54,895 nt of DNA from an uncultured Pseudohongiella sp. Its GTDB lineage: Bacteria > Pseudomonadota > Gammaproteobacteria > Pseudomonadales > Pseudohongiellaceae. The notes under the pieces are model-generated. The model saw only the letters and a list, made by a program, of their open reading frames with translations. It ran no database searches and had not been told where the DNA came from. Each line of letters begins with the position of its first letter. Position 1 is the stretch's first letter. Made by a program: the position numbers and the translations under genes. The DNA is taken from positions 1 to 54,895 of the forward strand of contig CAYSVD010000006.1 in the NCBI GenBank assembly GCA_964434395.1, written 5' to 3'. Positions 8,380 to 17,035 of the stretch are shown in pieces.

Positions 8380-9457
8380 GCAAGAAATCCACTCCGATCT
8401 TCCGGTGCCGCCCGGCTGGCACATGACCGATGTTATCAAAGACAGGCACATGAGCCAGGCCGAACTAGCGCGGCGCATGAACCAACCTATCCAGACGATA
8501 CGCGGCATCGCCCGCGGCACCAAGGCCGTCACGGCAGACATCGCACTGCGGCTGGAACGGGTGCTTGGCGTACCCGCCCACATCTGGACCGGGATGGAGA
8601 CGGAGTATCAACTGACCAAAGCGCGAAACAAGGCGGCCGAGCAGATCAAGGAGGAGTCCAATCTGGTCGCCCGCTTTCCCTACTCGGCGATCGCAAATTG
8701 CGGCTGGGTGGAACCTACCAGAAAGCGGACGGAAAAAGTGGTCGAACTGCGCCGCTTTTTTGGTATCGCATCTCTGCATAATTTATCGAGTGTGCACGCC
8801 TATGAGCCTGCCTTTCGGCAGTCCGTCAGGGGCAACGCCAGCGTCTCGCAGGAGTCGCTGGTCGCTTGGTTGCGAGTAGGCGTTCTGGAAGCTGAAAAGG
8901 TCGCCACCAACCCATTCGACCCCGTCAGTGCGCTTGCGGCGATGCAAATTCTTCGCCTTTTGACCAAAGAGAAGCCCACGGCCTTCCAGCCGACGCTCAA
9001 AAAGCGCTTGGCGGAAGCCGGCATCGCGTTTGTACTGATTCCGCATTTCCCCAAAACTCATGTCAATGGCGCGACCTTCTGGGTCAGGCCGGACAAGGCC
9101 GTTTTGATGGCGACCATCCGGGGAGGTTGGGCGGACATCTTCTGGTTCAGCCTGTTTCACGAGTTGGGGCACATTCTGTTGCACGACAAGCGTCGCACCT
9201 TCCTTGAAGACGATGCCGCCGATCCGGTATGGGAGGACAAGGAGAAGGAGGCCGACGAATTCGCCCGGGACGCCCTTATTCCGCCAGCACACTGGCGCGA
9301 ATTCTCGGCGGCGGGTGATTTCAGCGACGCGCGAATTTTGTCGTTCTCCGACGAGGTCGGGATCGCCCCGGGAATCGTCGTCGGCCGGCTACGGCACGAC
9401 GGGCTGGTTCCCCGTAGCCGCCAGACCCACCGAATGAAGTACCGATGGACCAAATAA
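8369..9457 (+). CDS. HigA-like HTH antitoxin domain fused to an ImmA/IrrE (M78, COG2856) zinc metallopeptidase domain
   Basis: 362 aa. The N-terminal XRE/HigA HTH reads MSQAELARRMNQPIQTIRGIARG...ALRLERVLGVPAHIW. The C-terminal part has HEXXH (FHELGH) followed by EKEADEFARDALIP. Confidence 0.85.
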   Translation: MAIEQEIHSDLPVPPGWHMTDVIKDRHMSQAELARRMNQPIQTIRGIARGTKAVTADIALRLERVLGVPAHIWTGMETEYQLTKARNKAAEQIKEESNLVARFPYSAIANCGWVEPTRKRTEKVVELRRFFGIASLHNLSSVHAYEPAFRQSVRGNASVSQESLVAWLRVGVLEAEKVATNPFDPVSALAAMQILRLLTKEKPTAFQPTLKKRLAEAGIAFVLIPHFPKTHVNGATFWVRPDKAVLMATIRGGWADIFWFSLFHELGHILLHDKRRTFLEDDAADPVWEDKEKEADEFARDALIPPAHWREFSAAGDFSDARILSFSDEVGIAPGIVVGRLRHDGLVPRSRQTHRMKYRWTK

Positions 9458-9539
9458 CCCCCTTCATCCCGCATCCTTGCTTCGCGAACGACGAAGCCGC
9501 TGAAGCCATGAAGCCGCGCACGCGGCAAGGAGCGACGCA

Positions 9540-9848
9540 ATGGAATTTCTGATCATCGCCCACGACGGCACGGACCCCGACGCGCCGGAGCGCCGCCGGA
9601 AGGCCCGTCCCGCCCATATCGAGGCGGCCGACCGGCTGCGGCGCGCGGGCAATCTCATCGTCGGCGGCGCGATCCTGAACGACGGCGGCGAGATGATCGG
9701 CTCGACGGCGATCGTCGACTTCGACGACCGGGCGGCGCTGGACGAGTGGCTGCGCGGCGACCCCTACGTGACCGGGGATGTCTGGCGGGACATTTCAGTG
9801 AAGCCGTTCCGGATCGCGATCGGGCCGCGGGCCGCCGGCGACACCTGA
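9540..9848 (+). CDS. YciI-family protein
   Basis: 102 aa with FLIIAHDGTDPDAPERR...RPAHIE...GDPY...VW, which fits the YciI pattern. AAGGAG lies upstream of the ATG. Confidence 0.85.
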   Translation: MEFLIIAHDGTDPDAPERRRKARPAHIEAADRLRRAGNLIVGGAILNDGGEMIGSTAIVDFDDRAALDEWLRGDPYVTGDVWRDISVKPFRIAIGPRAAGDT

Positions 9849-9900
9849 GCGCCTGAGGGCGGCGGCCCGCCAAAGCCCCGCGGGGGCGGTCCGCCCCGGT

Positions 9901-10845
9901 TCAGTACCCCCGGCCCGGATCGATGACGTATTCGAGCTCGCCCCCCTCGACGAAGCGCCGGTAGTTCGCGGCGAACACCCGCACGATGTCCGCCGGGCGG
10001 CTGACGGCGGCGACGTGTCCGGTGATCGTCAGGTTCGGCGCCGTCCACAGGGGGCTGTCCGACGGCAGGGGTTCGACGCGCAACACGTCCAGCACCGCCC
10101 CGGCGATCGCGCCGGCCGCCAGCGCGTCCGCCAGCGCGGACTCGTCGATCAGGTTGCCGCGGCCGACGTTGATCAGCAGCGCCGCGGACTTCATGCGGGC
10201 GAAGGCCGCCGCATCCAGCAGGTCCGTGGTGCCGAGCACGTCCGGCAGGATGCCGACCACGTAGTCGCTGCCCGCCAGAAACCCGTCCAGCGCGGCCCGG
10301 GTGTGGACGCGCTCGAAACCGGACAGGTCTTCGCCCCGGGTGTTGAAGCCGATGACCCGCAGGCCGAAGCCGGCGGCGACGCGGGCCACATGGCGGCCGA
10401 TCGAGCCGGTGCCCATGATGCCCATGACCTTCCCGTCCAAGGCGCCGGACGGCGCGTCGTCCCAGTACCCCGTGCGCTCGCTCTCCCAGCGCTCGTCGTC
10501 CAGCCGGATCTCGCGGGCCAGCACGTGCGCGAACACGTAGGCGGCCATCTGCGGGCCGAACACGTCCTTCACGCCGGTCAGTCTGTAGCCGCGGAAGTCC
10601 AGCTCGGCCAGCGGCCGCACGCCGGCCCAGGTGGACTGGACCCAGGCCACCGGCGGGCGGGTTGCGAGCAGGGGCGCCAGCATGTCGGGCCGGCCCAGCA
10701 GGACAGGCTGGCCTTCGTAGCGGGACGCCGCCTCCGCCGCCGATGACGCGGCGGCAATCGGCGCCTCCCCGCCCAGCGCCCGGCGCAGCAACGGCAAGTA
10801 GTCTTGGGCGTCGTGGCTGACGACGAGTACGGGCGCGGCGGGCAT
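9901..10845 (-). CDS. D-isomer-specific 2-hydroxyacid dehydrogenase family NAD(P)-dependent oxidoreductase
   Basis: Motifs GIMGTGSIGRHVA (GxGxxG), INVGRG and ITGHVAA. The ORF was trimmed to the ATG at 10845 (MPAAPVLVVS); the upstream Arg-rich codons overlap the neighbouring gene. Confidence 0.85.
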   Translation of the reverse strand: MPAAPVLVVSHDAQDYLPLLRRALGGEAPIAAASSAAEAASRYEGQPVLLGRPDMLAPLLATRPPVAWVQSTWAGVRPLAELDFRGYRLTGVKDVFGPQMAAYVFAHVLAREIRLDDERWESERTGYWDDAPSGALDGKVMGIMGTGSIGRHVARVAAGFGLRVIGFNTRGEDLSGFERVHTRAALDGFLAGSDYVVGILPDVLGTTDLLDAAAFARMKSAALLINVGRGNLIDESALADALAAGAIAGAVLDVLRVEPLPSDSPLWTAPNLTITGHVAAVSRPADIVRVFAANYRRFVEGGELEYVIDPGRGY

Positions 10846-10853
10846 GGGGAGGA

Positions 10854-12170
10854 CTACTCGCCCGGCCGCCGGCGCTCCAGCACGAGCCCCACCGCCGTGC
10901 CGGGCGCGAAGCCCTTCCAGTAGTCGTGCTCCGCGGTCGGGCGGCCGCCCCGCATGGCGTGCACGGCGTCGGCGCCGTCGGGGACCACGTCCAGCCAAGC
11001 GCGGGCGGCGTCATCGCCCTTCAGCCGCCAGTCGAACCAAGCGGTGACGAAATGATTCAGGATATTGTTCATCCGCACCGTGTCCCACACCGGATCCGTG
11101 TAGTGCCCGGCTCCGGTCCGGTCGGCTCCGTCCGCGATCTCCGCCGGCAGCGGGATCGGCGCGCCGGCGTTGTGCCCGGCGTTCTTGAAGGTCAGCAGGT
11201 AGCGCTCGCCGCCCGTCGCCCGCTCGAAGATGGCGCGGGCGCCGTCGGCGTAGCCGGCGACGGCGTCCGCGCTGCCGGCGACGAACAGCAACGGCACGGA
11301 GACGCCGGCCAGATCCTCCGCCCGCCAGAAACCGAAGTTCATGCCCCAGGGGGCGACCGCGACCCCGGCCTTCAGACGGGGGTCCAGGCCGTCCCGGTAA
11401 CGCGGGCTGGAGGCCGCATGCTCGCCCAGCAGGCCGTTGGGGGGCGACAGAGGGGAGTTCACCGCCTCGTCGCTGTAGCCGCCGCCGGCGTTGTTGACCA
11501 GTCCGTAGCCGCCCATGGAGTAGCCCACGACGCCCGCGCTGTCCGCGTCCGCCAAGCCGCTCAGGAAGCCGTCGGGCAACGCGGACAGCGCCGCGATCCG
11601 GTCCAGCACGAAGCGCTGGTCCAGCGGCCGGTTGTACAGGGTGCTGGCGAACGCCTGCTGGTCGTCGTAGGTGCTGTCCGCGTGATCGATGGACGCCACC
11701 ACGTACCCCTTGCTGGCGAGGTTCTCCCCCATATGGCTCATCAGGTAGCGGTTGCCGGGATAGCCGTGGGACAGGATCACCAGGGGCCAGGGCCCGTCTT
11801 CGGCGGGGGCGGCGTCGCGCACCGCCCGGCCGCGCAGCTCGGCGACGACGTCCGGATTGCGGGTGACGGCCCGGTAGCGCCCGCCAGGCGCCTGCCCGGG
11901 CGGCAACGCCGCCGGGTACCACACCTCCACGGTCAGGGCGCGGTCGTAGCGGGCGGTCGGGCCGTCCCGGGGCGTACCGAGCACATCGACCCGGTCCGCG
12001 TCCACCAGCTCGATGGTCCGCACCCCGATGTCGTGCGGACCGAAGGCCGCCAGCTCCGGCGCGTCGGCGTGCACCCGGTCGATGCGGTTGGGTTGCGCGC
12101 CGACGCCGGCGCAGGCCGTCAGCAGGATGACGGGGAAGGAGCGTCGCACGGCGGGGCCCGGGGGGTTCAT
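10854..12170 (-). CDS. Secreted alpha/beta hydrolase (dienelactone hydrolase / PAF-acetylhydrolase-like)
   Basis: 438 aa with lipoprotein-type signal LLTAC, nucleophile elbow GYSMGG and the stretch ILSHGYPGN. Confidence 0.75.
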   Translation of the reverse strand: MNPPGPAVRRSFPVILLTACAGVGAQPNRIDRVHADAPELAAFGPHDIGVRTIELVDADRVDVLGTPRDGPTARYDRALTVEVWYPAALPPGQAPGGRYRAVTRNPDVVAELRGRAVRDAAPAEDGPWPLVILSHGYPGNRYLMSHMGENLASKGYVVASIDHADSTYDDQQAFASTLYNRPLDQRFVLDRIAALSALPDGFLSGLADADSAGVVGYSMGGYGLVNNAGGGYSDEAVNSPLSPPNGLLGEHAASSPRYRDGLDPRLKAGVAVAPWGMNFGFWRAEDLAGVSVPLLFVAGSADAVAGYADGARAIFERATGGERYLLTFKNAGHNAGAPIPLPAEIADGADRTGAGHYTDPVWDTVRMNNILNHFVTAWFDWRLKGDDAARAWLDVVPDGADAVHAMRGGRPTAEHDYWKGFAPGTAVGLVLERRRPGE

Positions 12171-12262
12171 GACTGGACATGATAGCCGCGGCCGCGCCGC
12201 AATGACAGGCGCGGGCGGGCGGCGTATGATGGCGCCTCCCGACCGTTCGACAAGGAATCGCC

Positions 12263-13060
12263 ATGCACATGCGGAACGCCCTCTTCGGTCTGGCGCTTCT
12301 GGCGGCGGCGCCGGCCGCTGGCTTGGCCCAGACCCCCAGCCATCTTTTCGACCACATCCACATGGCGGTGCCGGATCCCCAGGCCGCCGCCTCTTGGTAC
12401 CTTGAGAACATCGGCGGCGAACGGGTCGACGGGCGGGACGACCGCCTATTGTTCGGCCGCACCCGGGTGATGTGGCTGTCCGACCGCGGACGCGCCCGCC
12501 GGCCCAGCCGGGGCGGCGTGGTGGACCATCTGGGATTTTCCTTCACGGACCTCGACGCCAAGGTGGCGCAACTGGTGCGGGCCGGCGCGACGCTGGAGGG
12601 CGACATTCTCGATCCGCCGGGGCTGTTCAGGCTCGCTTTCGTGGTCGACCCGTGGGGCGTCCGGCTGGAACTGGTCGAGGACTTCCAGCACTTGGGACTG
12701 CACCACATCCATCTGCGGGATCCGAATCCGGGCGAGGCGCTGGACTGGTACGAGAACATGTTCGGCGGCGTGCGCCTGAACCTGAAGGGCCTGATCGAGG
12801 GGCTGCTGTACCCCGGCAACGTCTGGCTTCTGGCGGCCGAGGGCGACACCTTCCCCACCGTCGAGGGCGTCATCGACCATTTCGGCTGGCGCGCCGCCTC
12901 GGCGCCGGAGACCATGGCGCAGTTGAAAAGCCGCGGCGCCTACGTCACGACGTTGCCGCGGCGGATGGAGCTGCCCAGCGGCATGATCGAGTTCTTCTAC
13001 ATCGCCGGCCCCCGCGGGGCCAGGCTGGAGCTGGTCCAGCGACAGCCCGACATGCAGTGA
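12263..13060 (+). CDS. Secreted VOC (glyoxalase/bleomycin-resistance/dioxygenase) family protein, two-domain
   Basis: 265 aa with a signal peptide. Two repeated modules (FDHIHMAV... and HHIHLRD...) are typical of VOC folds. Confidence 0.8.
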   Translation: MHMRNALFGLALLAAAPAAGLAQTPSHLFDHIHMAVPDPQAAASWYLENIGGERVDGRDDRLLFGRTRVMWLSDRGRARRPSRGGVVDHLGFSFTDLDAKVAQLVRAGATLEGDILDPPGLFRLAFVVDPWGVRLELVEDFQHLGLHHIHLRDPNPGEALDWYENMFGGVRLNLKGLIEGLLYPGNVWLLAAEGDTFPTVEGVIDHFGWRAASAPETMAQLKSRGAYVTTLPRRMELPSGMIEFFYIAGPRGARLELVQRQPDMQ

Positions 13061-13082
13061 CGCGACGGGCGGCCCCCGCGTT

Positions 13083-13592
13083 CTACAGCATCCGGGCCAA
13101 CCGGTTCATGCGGCGCCGAATCTCATCGGCAGGCAGGAATACCGACCTGTCTTCACGGAACAGGCTCAGTGCATCATGCAGAACCTGTGGCGACGCTGTC
13201 TTGCGCGCGTTCATTTCATCTATCGCCCAAAGCACCCCGTGGACTTCTATCCCCTTGCCCTCCGCCACTTTCCGAAGCGACGCATCGCCTGTTGATAGGA
13301 TGCTTCCGCCAATCGCTTCAGCAAACACAAGAGCAAGGCAATCATTGAAGTCGAGTCCTCCGTATTCCTCAAAACACTTCGTCGCGCGTCGCACAAATTC
13401 AATCGGCGATTCCTGTGCATCAAGGCCCATTTCACGCAATGCATCTCTCTCATCTTTGTTCGGGCACAGCCATTCATCATCAAACATGGTTTCCGGCATG
13501 ACAAAAACGTACGGGAGCCGTAGCGACGCATCCAAAATGCCGGCTTTTCTCAGGTCAGTCATGCAACTTGTGTCGCTAACCGCCCTCAGCAT
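13083..13592 (-). CDS. PIN-like (DUF3368/PIN_3-type) putative nuclease
   Basis: 169 aa. The N-terminus AVSDTSCMTDLRKAGILD...VMPETMFDDE and the later LDFNDCLALVFAE...LSTGDASLRKVAEGKGIEVHG fit the PIN-like pattern. Lies in a low-GC islet. Confidence 0.55.
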   Translation of the reverse strand: MLRAVSDTSCMTDLRKAGILDASLRLPYVFVMPETMFDDEWLCPNKDERDALREMGLDAQESPIEFVRRATKCFEEYGGLDFNDCLALVFAEAIGGSILSTGDASLRKVAEGKGIEVHGVLWAIDEMNARKTASPQVLHDALSLFREDRSVFLPADEIRRRMNRLARML

Positions 13593-13854
13593 TGCCTTCA
13601 GCAGGTCCGTTCAGAATTCGTTCGACTTCCGCCAAAGATTTCTGCAACAACCCACCAGCCCTCCTCAGCCCTATGATTCTTTCTCTAAGCGCTCGTTTGC
13701 AGAGTCGCTCAAAGCGCTGCGGCGCCTCTTGTATTCCCCCCTCTCCTTTGGTTTCCAGCGGCTCTGGTTCATTCTTCCGCCAACCACGCGCATAGCTCTG
13801 AAACGCTCTCTCTCCCCCTGCCTTGGATCTGTCTTGGACCGTCTCGGCCCCCAT
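13576..13854 (-). CDS. Candidate partner ORF upstream of the PIN-like gene (doubtful)
   Basis: 92-aa ORF overlapping the PIN-like start by 17 nt, which is a TA-like arrangement. No antitoxin fold was recognised and no good RBS was seen. Confidence 0.2.
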   Translation of the reverse strand: MGAETVQDRSKAGGERAFQSYARGWRKNEPEPLETKGEGGIQEAPQRFERLCKRALRERIIGLRRAGGLLQKSLAEVERILNGPAEGNAEGG

Positions 13855-13969
13855 GGCCGCGCCGCCCGGTGCGGCTCCCCGACAGGCCTTTCGCCTCCGA
13901 TCGCGAACCCCCGGTCATGGACGCCGCCGCGCCCGGCGCGAGGCGCCGGAGAGCGGCCCGCCGCGGGCC

Positions 13970-15367
13970 TCAATCCGGCTCGGGCACGTACAGATAGCGC
14001 ATCCGCGCGTCGTCGACCGGGCGGGGGCGTCCGTCGCGGATGGCCGGCCTGAAGCGGATCCCGCGCGCCGCCCGGCGCCCCTCCCGCTCCACCCGCTCCT
14101 CGGGGGGCGCGGCGGAGAGCGCCTCGACCGAGGAGACCCGCCCGCGGGCGCTCACCCTGAATGACAGCTCGACCTGGTGATAGGGCTGCTCCACCGCCAG
14201 AAGCGGATGGGGATTGGCCGGACGCGGGATCGACGCCAGACCGTCCTCCCAGGCGGTGAAATTCCCCAGGAACATCCCGTCCGCGTCCGGTCCCGCCGCC
14301 GCCGCGGCCAGCTGGTGGGCCTCGTAGTCCGCGAAGCGGGTGAAGAGCGTCTCCATTGGAATCGCCGCGGGACGGCCCAGCGCCCGGTCGACCCGCGCGG
14401 CGTCGAAGCCCAGTTCGATCAGGCGGGCCCGGGCCCGGCGGTAGTCCCGGCGCCCGGTGCCGATGTCCCCCAGGGTCCGCAGGTCGCCGCGGTGCAGGGT
14501 GGCCATGGCCCAGGCCTCCCCGTCGCCTTCGGCCTCGGCGATGTCCCGGATGTCGTCGATCAGCCCCCGGGCCTGGCGCAGGTAGCCGGCGCCGACCGGC
14601 TCGCCGTCGACCACGACGGGCACGAAATTCCCCCGCCCCCTCGACGCGGTGGAGACCAGCACGCCCCGGCCGGGCGACTCCAGCCGCCCCGGCCCGTCGC
14701 GGAGATACGCCTCCTCGATGGCGTCGGATGCCATCCCGCCGTCGACGTTCAGCAACTCCACCAGCCGGACCAGGCTGCGGGCGCGCCGGTACAGCCACGG
14801 CATCAGCGCCGGATCGCCCTCGCCGTAACGCGCCTCGGCGACCTCCAGCATCTCCTTGTGCAGGTCGCGGGCCTCCATGAAGTTGTCGGCCCGGTCCCGG
14901 TCGGGGCCCAGATGGACCAGCTGCAGATGCCAGACGGCCAGCCGGTCCATCGCCTCGAGCAGCGCCCCGGCGTCGTCGCCCGGCGCGGACGCGGCCAAGG
15001 ACCGCAGGTGCTCCAGACGATCGGTCACCTCGTCCCACTCGCCCAGCCGGATGGCGGTGGCCGCCAGCGCCTCCAGCACCGGCGCGACATCCGGATGCTC
15101 GAAGCCCAGGGCGGCGCGGGTGACCTGCAGGCGGCGGGTCTGCAGCGCCCGCACCCGCTCGTCGTCCCCCCGCGCCCGCCAGAACGCCTCCAGCCCCTCC
15201 AGCGGCTCCAGCAGGCTGGCGTCGTAAGGGCCGAAGCGGGACTCCAGCTCCGCCAGCCCGTCCTCGTGGCGGCGGAGCTCGGCGGCCCCGTCGGCTTCGG
15301 CGGCCTCGGACGGACGCAACAGGGCCGACAGGAGGAGGGCCGTCACGGGAAGGGACCGGGTCTTCAT
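13970..15367 (-). CDS. Secreted helical protein with a TonB-C-like C-terminal domain
   Basis: 465 aa with a signal peptide. The C-terminal ~80 aa (VELSFRVSARGRVSSVEAL...AARGIRFRPAIRDGRP) resemble the TonB C-terminal fold pattern. Confidence 0.6.
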   Translation of the reverse strand: MKTRSLPVTALLLSALLRPSEAAEADGAAELRRHEDGLAELESRFGPYDASLLEPLEGLEAFWRARGDDERVRALQTRRLQVTRAALGFEHPDVAPVLEALAATAIRLGEWDEVTDRLEHLRSLAASAPGDDAGALLEAMDRLAVWHLQLVHLGPDRDRADNFMEARDLHKEMLEVAEARYGEGDPALMPWLYRRARSLVRLVELLNVDGGMASDAIEEAYLRDGPGRLESPGRGVLVSTASRGRGNFVPVVVDGEPVGAGYLRQARGLIDDIRDIAEAEGDGEAWAMATLHRGDLRTLGDIGTGRRDYRRARARLIELGFDAARVDRALGRPAAIPMETLFTRFADYEAHQLAAAAAGPDADGMFLGNFTAWEDGLASIPRPANPHPLLAVEQPYHQVELSFRVSARGRVSSVEALSAAPPEERVEREGRRAARGIRFRPAIRDGRPRPVDDARMRYLYVPEPD

Positions 15368-15520
15368 AGGGGGCCGGGACGCGGGCGGGGCGGAAACGGC
15401 GCCCCCAACATAACCCGACCCGCGGGGCCTGTCGACTCACCGGTTCCGGAGTGTCCCGGCCGGTCGACGACGAGCCAGAACGCGGGCCCGCGGCCCGGCG
15501 CGTTCCGCCGCCGCTCCCGC

Positions 15521-16924
15521 CTACCGGCTCAAAGCCTCGGCCAGCCGGTACAGGAACTCGTAGCCCTCGTAGAGGGAGGTCTTCAGCAGGCGCTCGTCCC
15601 GGCCGTGGATGCGCATGTCGCCGCGGTCGACGAACAGCCCCGACACCCCGTAGGTGGGGATGCCGGCGCGGCGCATCCGGGCGCCGTCGGTGGCGCCGGT
15701 GGCCATGGTCGGGATCACCGCGACCCCGGGCCACATCCGCTCGGTGACCGACTCCACCGCGCCCATGATCTCCTCGGTCAGGGGGGACGGCTCGGTGACC
15801 GAGCCGCCGCCCCGGTAGACCACCTCCAGCGCCGGGTTGTCGACCACCTCGATCAGGGTCCGGAGCACCCGCCGCGGGTCCGAGCCCGGCATCATGCGCA
15901 CGTTGATGTTGGCCGCGGCGGTCTGCGGCAGGGCGTTGGGCGCGTGGCCGCCTTCCAGCAGGGTCGCCACCGCGGTGGTGCGCAGCTGCGCGTTGATGTC
16001 CGCCTCGCGGCTCAGGCGCTCCAGCGCGCCGGGCGGGATGGGCTCGGACAGCAACGCCCTGAAGTCGGCGGCGCGCCGGCCCTCGCTGATCTCGGCCAGC
16101 CGCTCGAAACTGACCCGCATCACGTCGCTGATCTCGACCGGGAAGCGGTGGTCGCGGATGCGCAACAGCGCCTCGGCCAGGTCGTAGATGGCGTTGTCCT
16201 CGCGCGGCAGGGACGAGTGGCCGCCCGGATTGCGCGCCGTGACGGTGTAGGTGGCGTAGATCTTCTCGGCCACCTGGATGCTGTTGGCCAGACGGCGGCC
16301 TCCGCGCAGGACGCCGTAGCCGCCCTCGTTGATGGCCAGCGCCCCGCGGATCAGCCCCGGCCGATGCTCCAGCAGCCAGCCGATGCCGTTGCTGCCGCCG
16401 CCCTCCTCGTCGGAGGTCAGGGCGACGATCAGGTCCCGGTTCGGCGCGAAGCCGTCGCGCCGGTAGCGGATCAGGTTGGCGACGAATATGGCCGCCATGG
16501 CCTTGTCGTCGATGACGCCCCGCCCGTAGTAGTAGTGCTCGTCCTCGTTCAGCGTGAAAGGGTCCATGCTCCAGTCGTCCCGCTCCGCCTCCACCACGTC
16601 GAGGTGGGCCATCAGCACCAGCGGCTCCTTCCGGCCCGCGCCGCGGTAGCGGGCCACCAGGTTCCCCTTGTGGGGCAGCGGGCCGCCGACGAAGACGTCC
16701 TCCGGCGCGAACCCCGCCGCCGCCAGCCAGGCCGCCATGCCCTCCGCGGCCAGGGTGTTGTTGCGCTCCGAGCCGGTGGTCTTGTACTCCACCAGCTCCT
16801 TGTAGATGCGGCGCAGCAGCTCGCGGTCGTCGTCGGGGATCTCGCGCTGGGCCATGGCGGCCGGCGCGGCGGCCAGCAGCAACGACAGGACGAGGGAGCG
16901 AAGCGGGGATCCAAGAGGCATCAT
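15521..16924 (-). CDS. Secreted M20/M25/M40-family metallopeptidase
   Basis: 467 aa with a signal peptide and the motifs MAHLDVV, GRGVIDDK and SDEEGGG. Confidence 0.9.
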   Translation of the reverse strand: MMPLGSPLRSLVLSLLLAAAPAAMAQREIPDDDRELLRRIYKELVEYKTTGSERNNTLAAEGMAAWLAAAGFAPEDVFVGGPLPHKGNLVARYRGAGRKEPLVLMAHLDVVEAERDDWSMDPFTLNEDEHYYYGRGVIDDKAMAAIFVANLIRYRRDGFAPNRDLIVALTSDEEGGGSNGIGWLLEHRPGLIRGALAINEGGYGVLRGGRRLANSIQVAEKIYATYTVTARNPGGHSSLPREDNAIYDLAEALLRIRDHRFPVEISDVMRVSFERLAEISEGRRAADFRALLSEPIPPGALERLSREADINAQLRTTAVATLLEGGHAPNALPQTAAANINVRMMPGSDPRRVLRTLIEVVDNPALEVVYRGGGSVTEPSPLTEEIMGAVESVTERMWPGVAVIPTMATGATDGARMRRAGIPTYGVSGLFVDRGDMRIHGRDERLLKTSLYEGYEFLYRLAEALSR

Positions 16925-17035
16925 GGCGGGCTCCGGGCGGGCTCCGGGTTGCTATCGAGAGGGGGGCATTCTACCCTTGAATCCGCCGTTTCGGACCCGC
17001 CGCCCCATCCGCCCTCAGCCTTTCAGGAAACCGCC

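Noticed and set aside
7821-8583. ORFs 7821..8285 (+), 7832..8017 (+) and 7984..8583 (-) around higB.
   Set aside because: They overlap the clearly recognisable higB and antitoxin frames or lie in the AT-rich promoter region. None has domain-like sequence.
7982-9476. Similar strings flanking the higB islet (7982-8000 and 9462-9476) as possible attachment sites or target-site duplications.
   Set aside because: Only about 8-9 contiguous identical bases are shared, which is too short to distinguish from chance without comparative data.
14177-17035. The N-terminal 953 codons of the 1765-aa ORF 14177..19474. The upstream parts of 17437..19917, 22048..24513, 26767..29889, 36782..39247, 39406..41826 and 50391..52709 are similar.
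   Set aside because: These are read-through of open frames across neighbouring genes. The real genes start at internal ATGs that are followed by signal peptides or family-typical N-termini.
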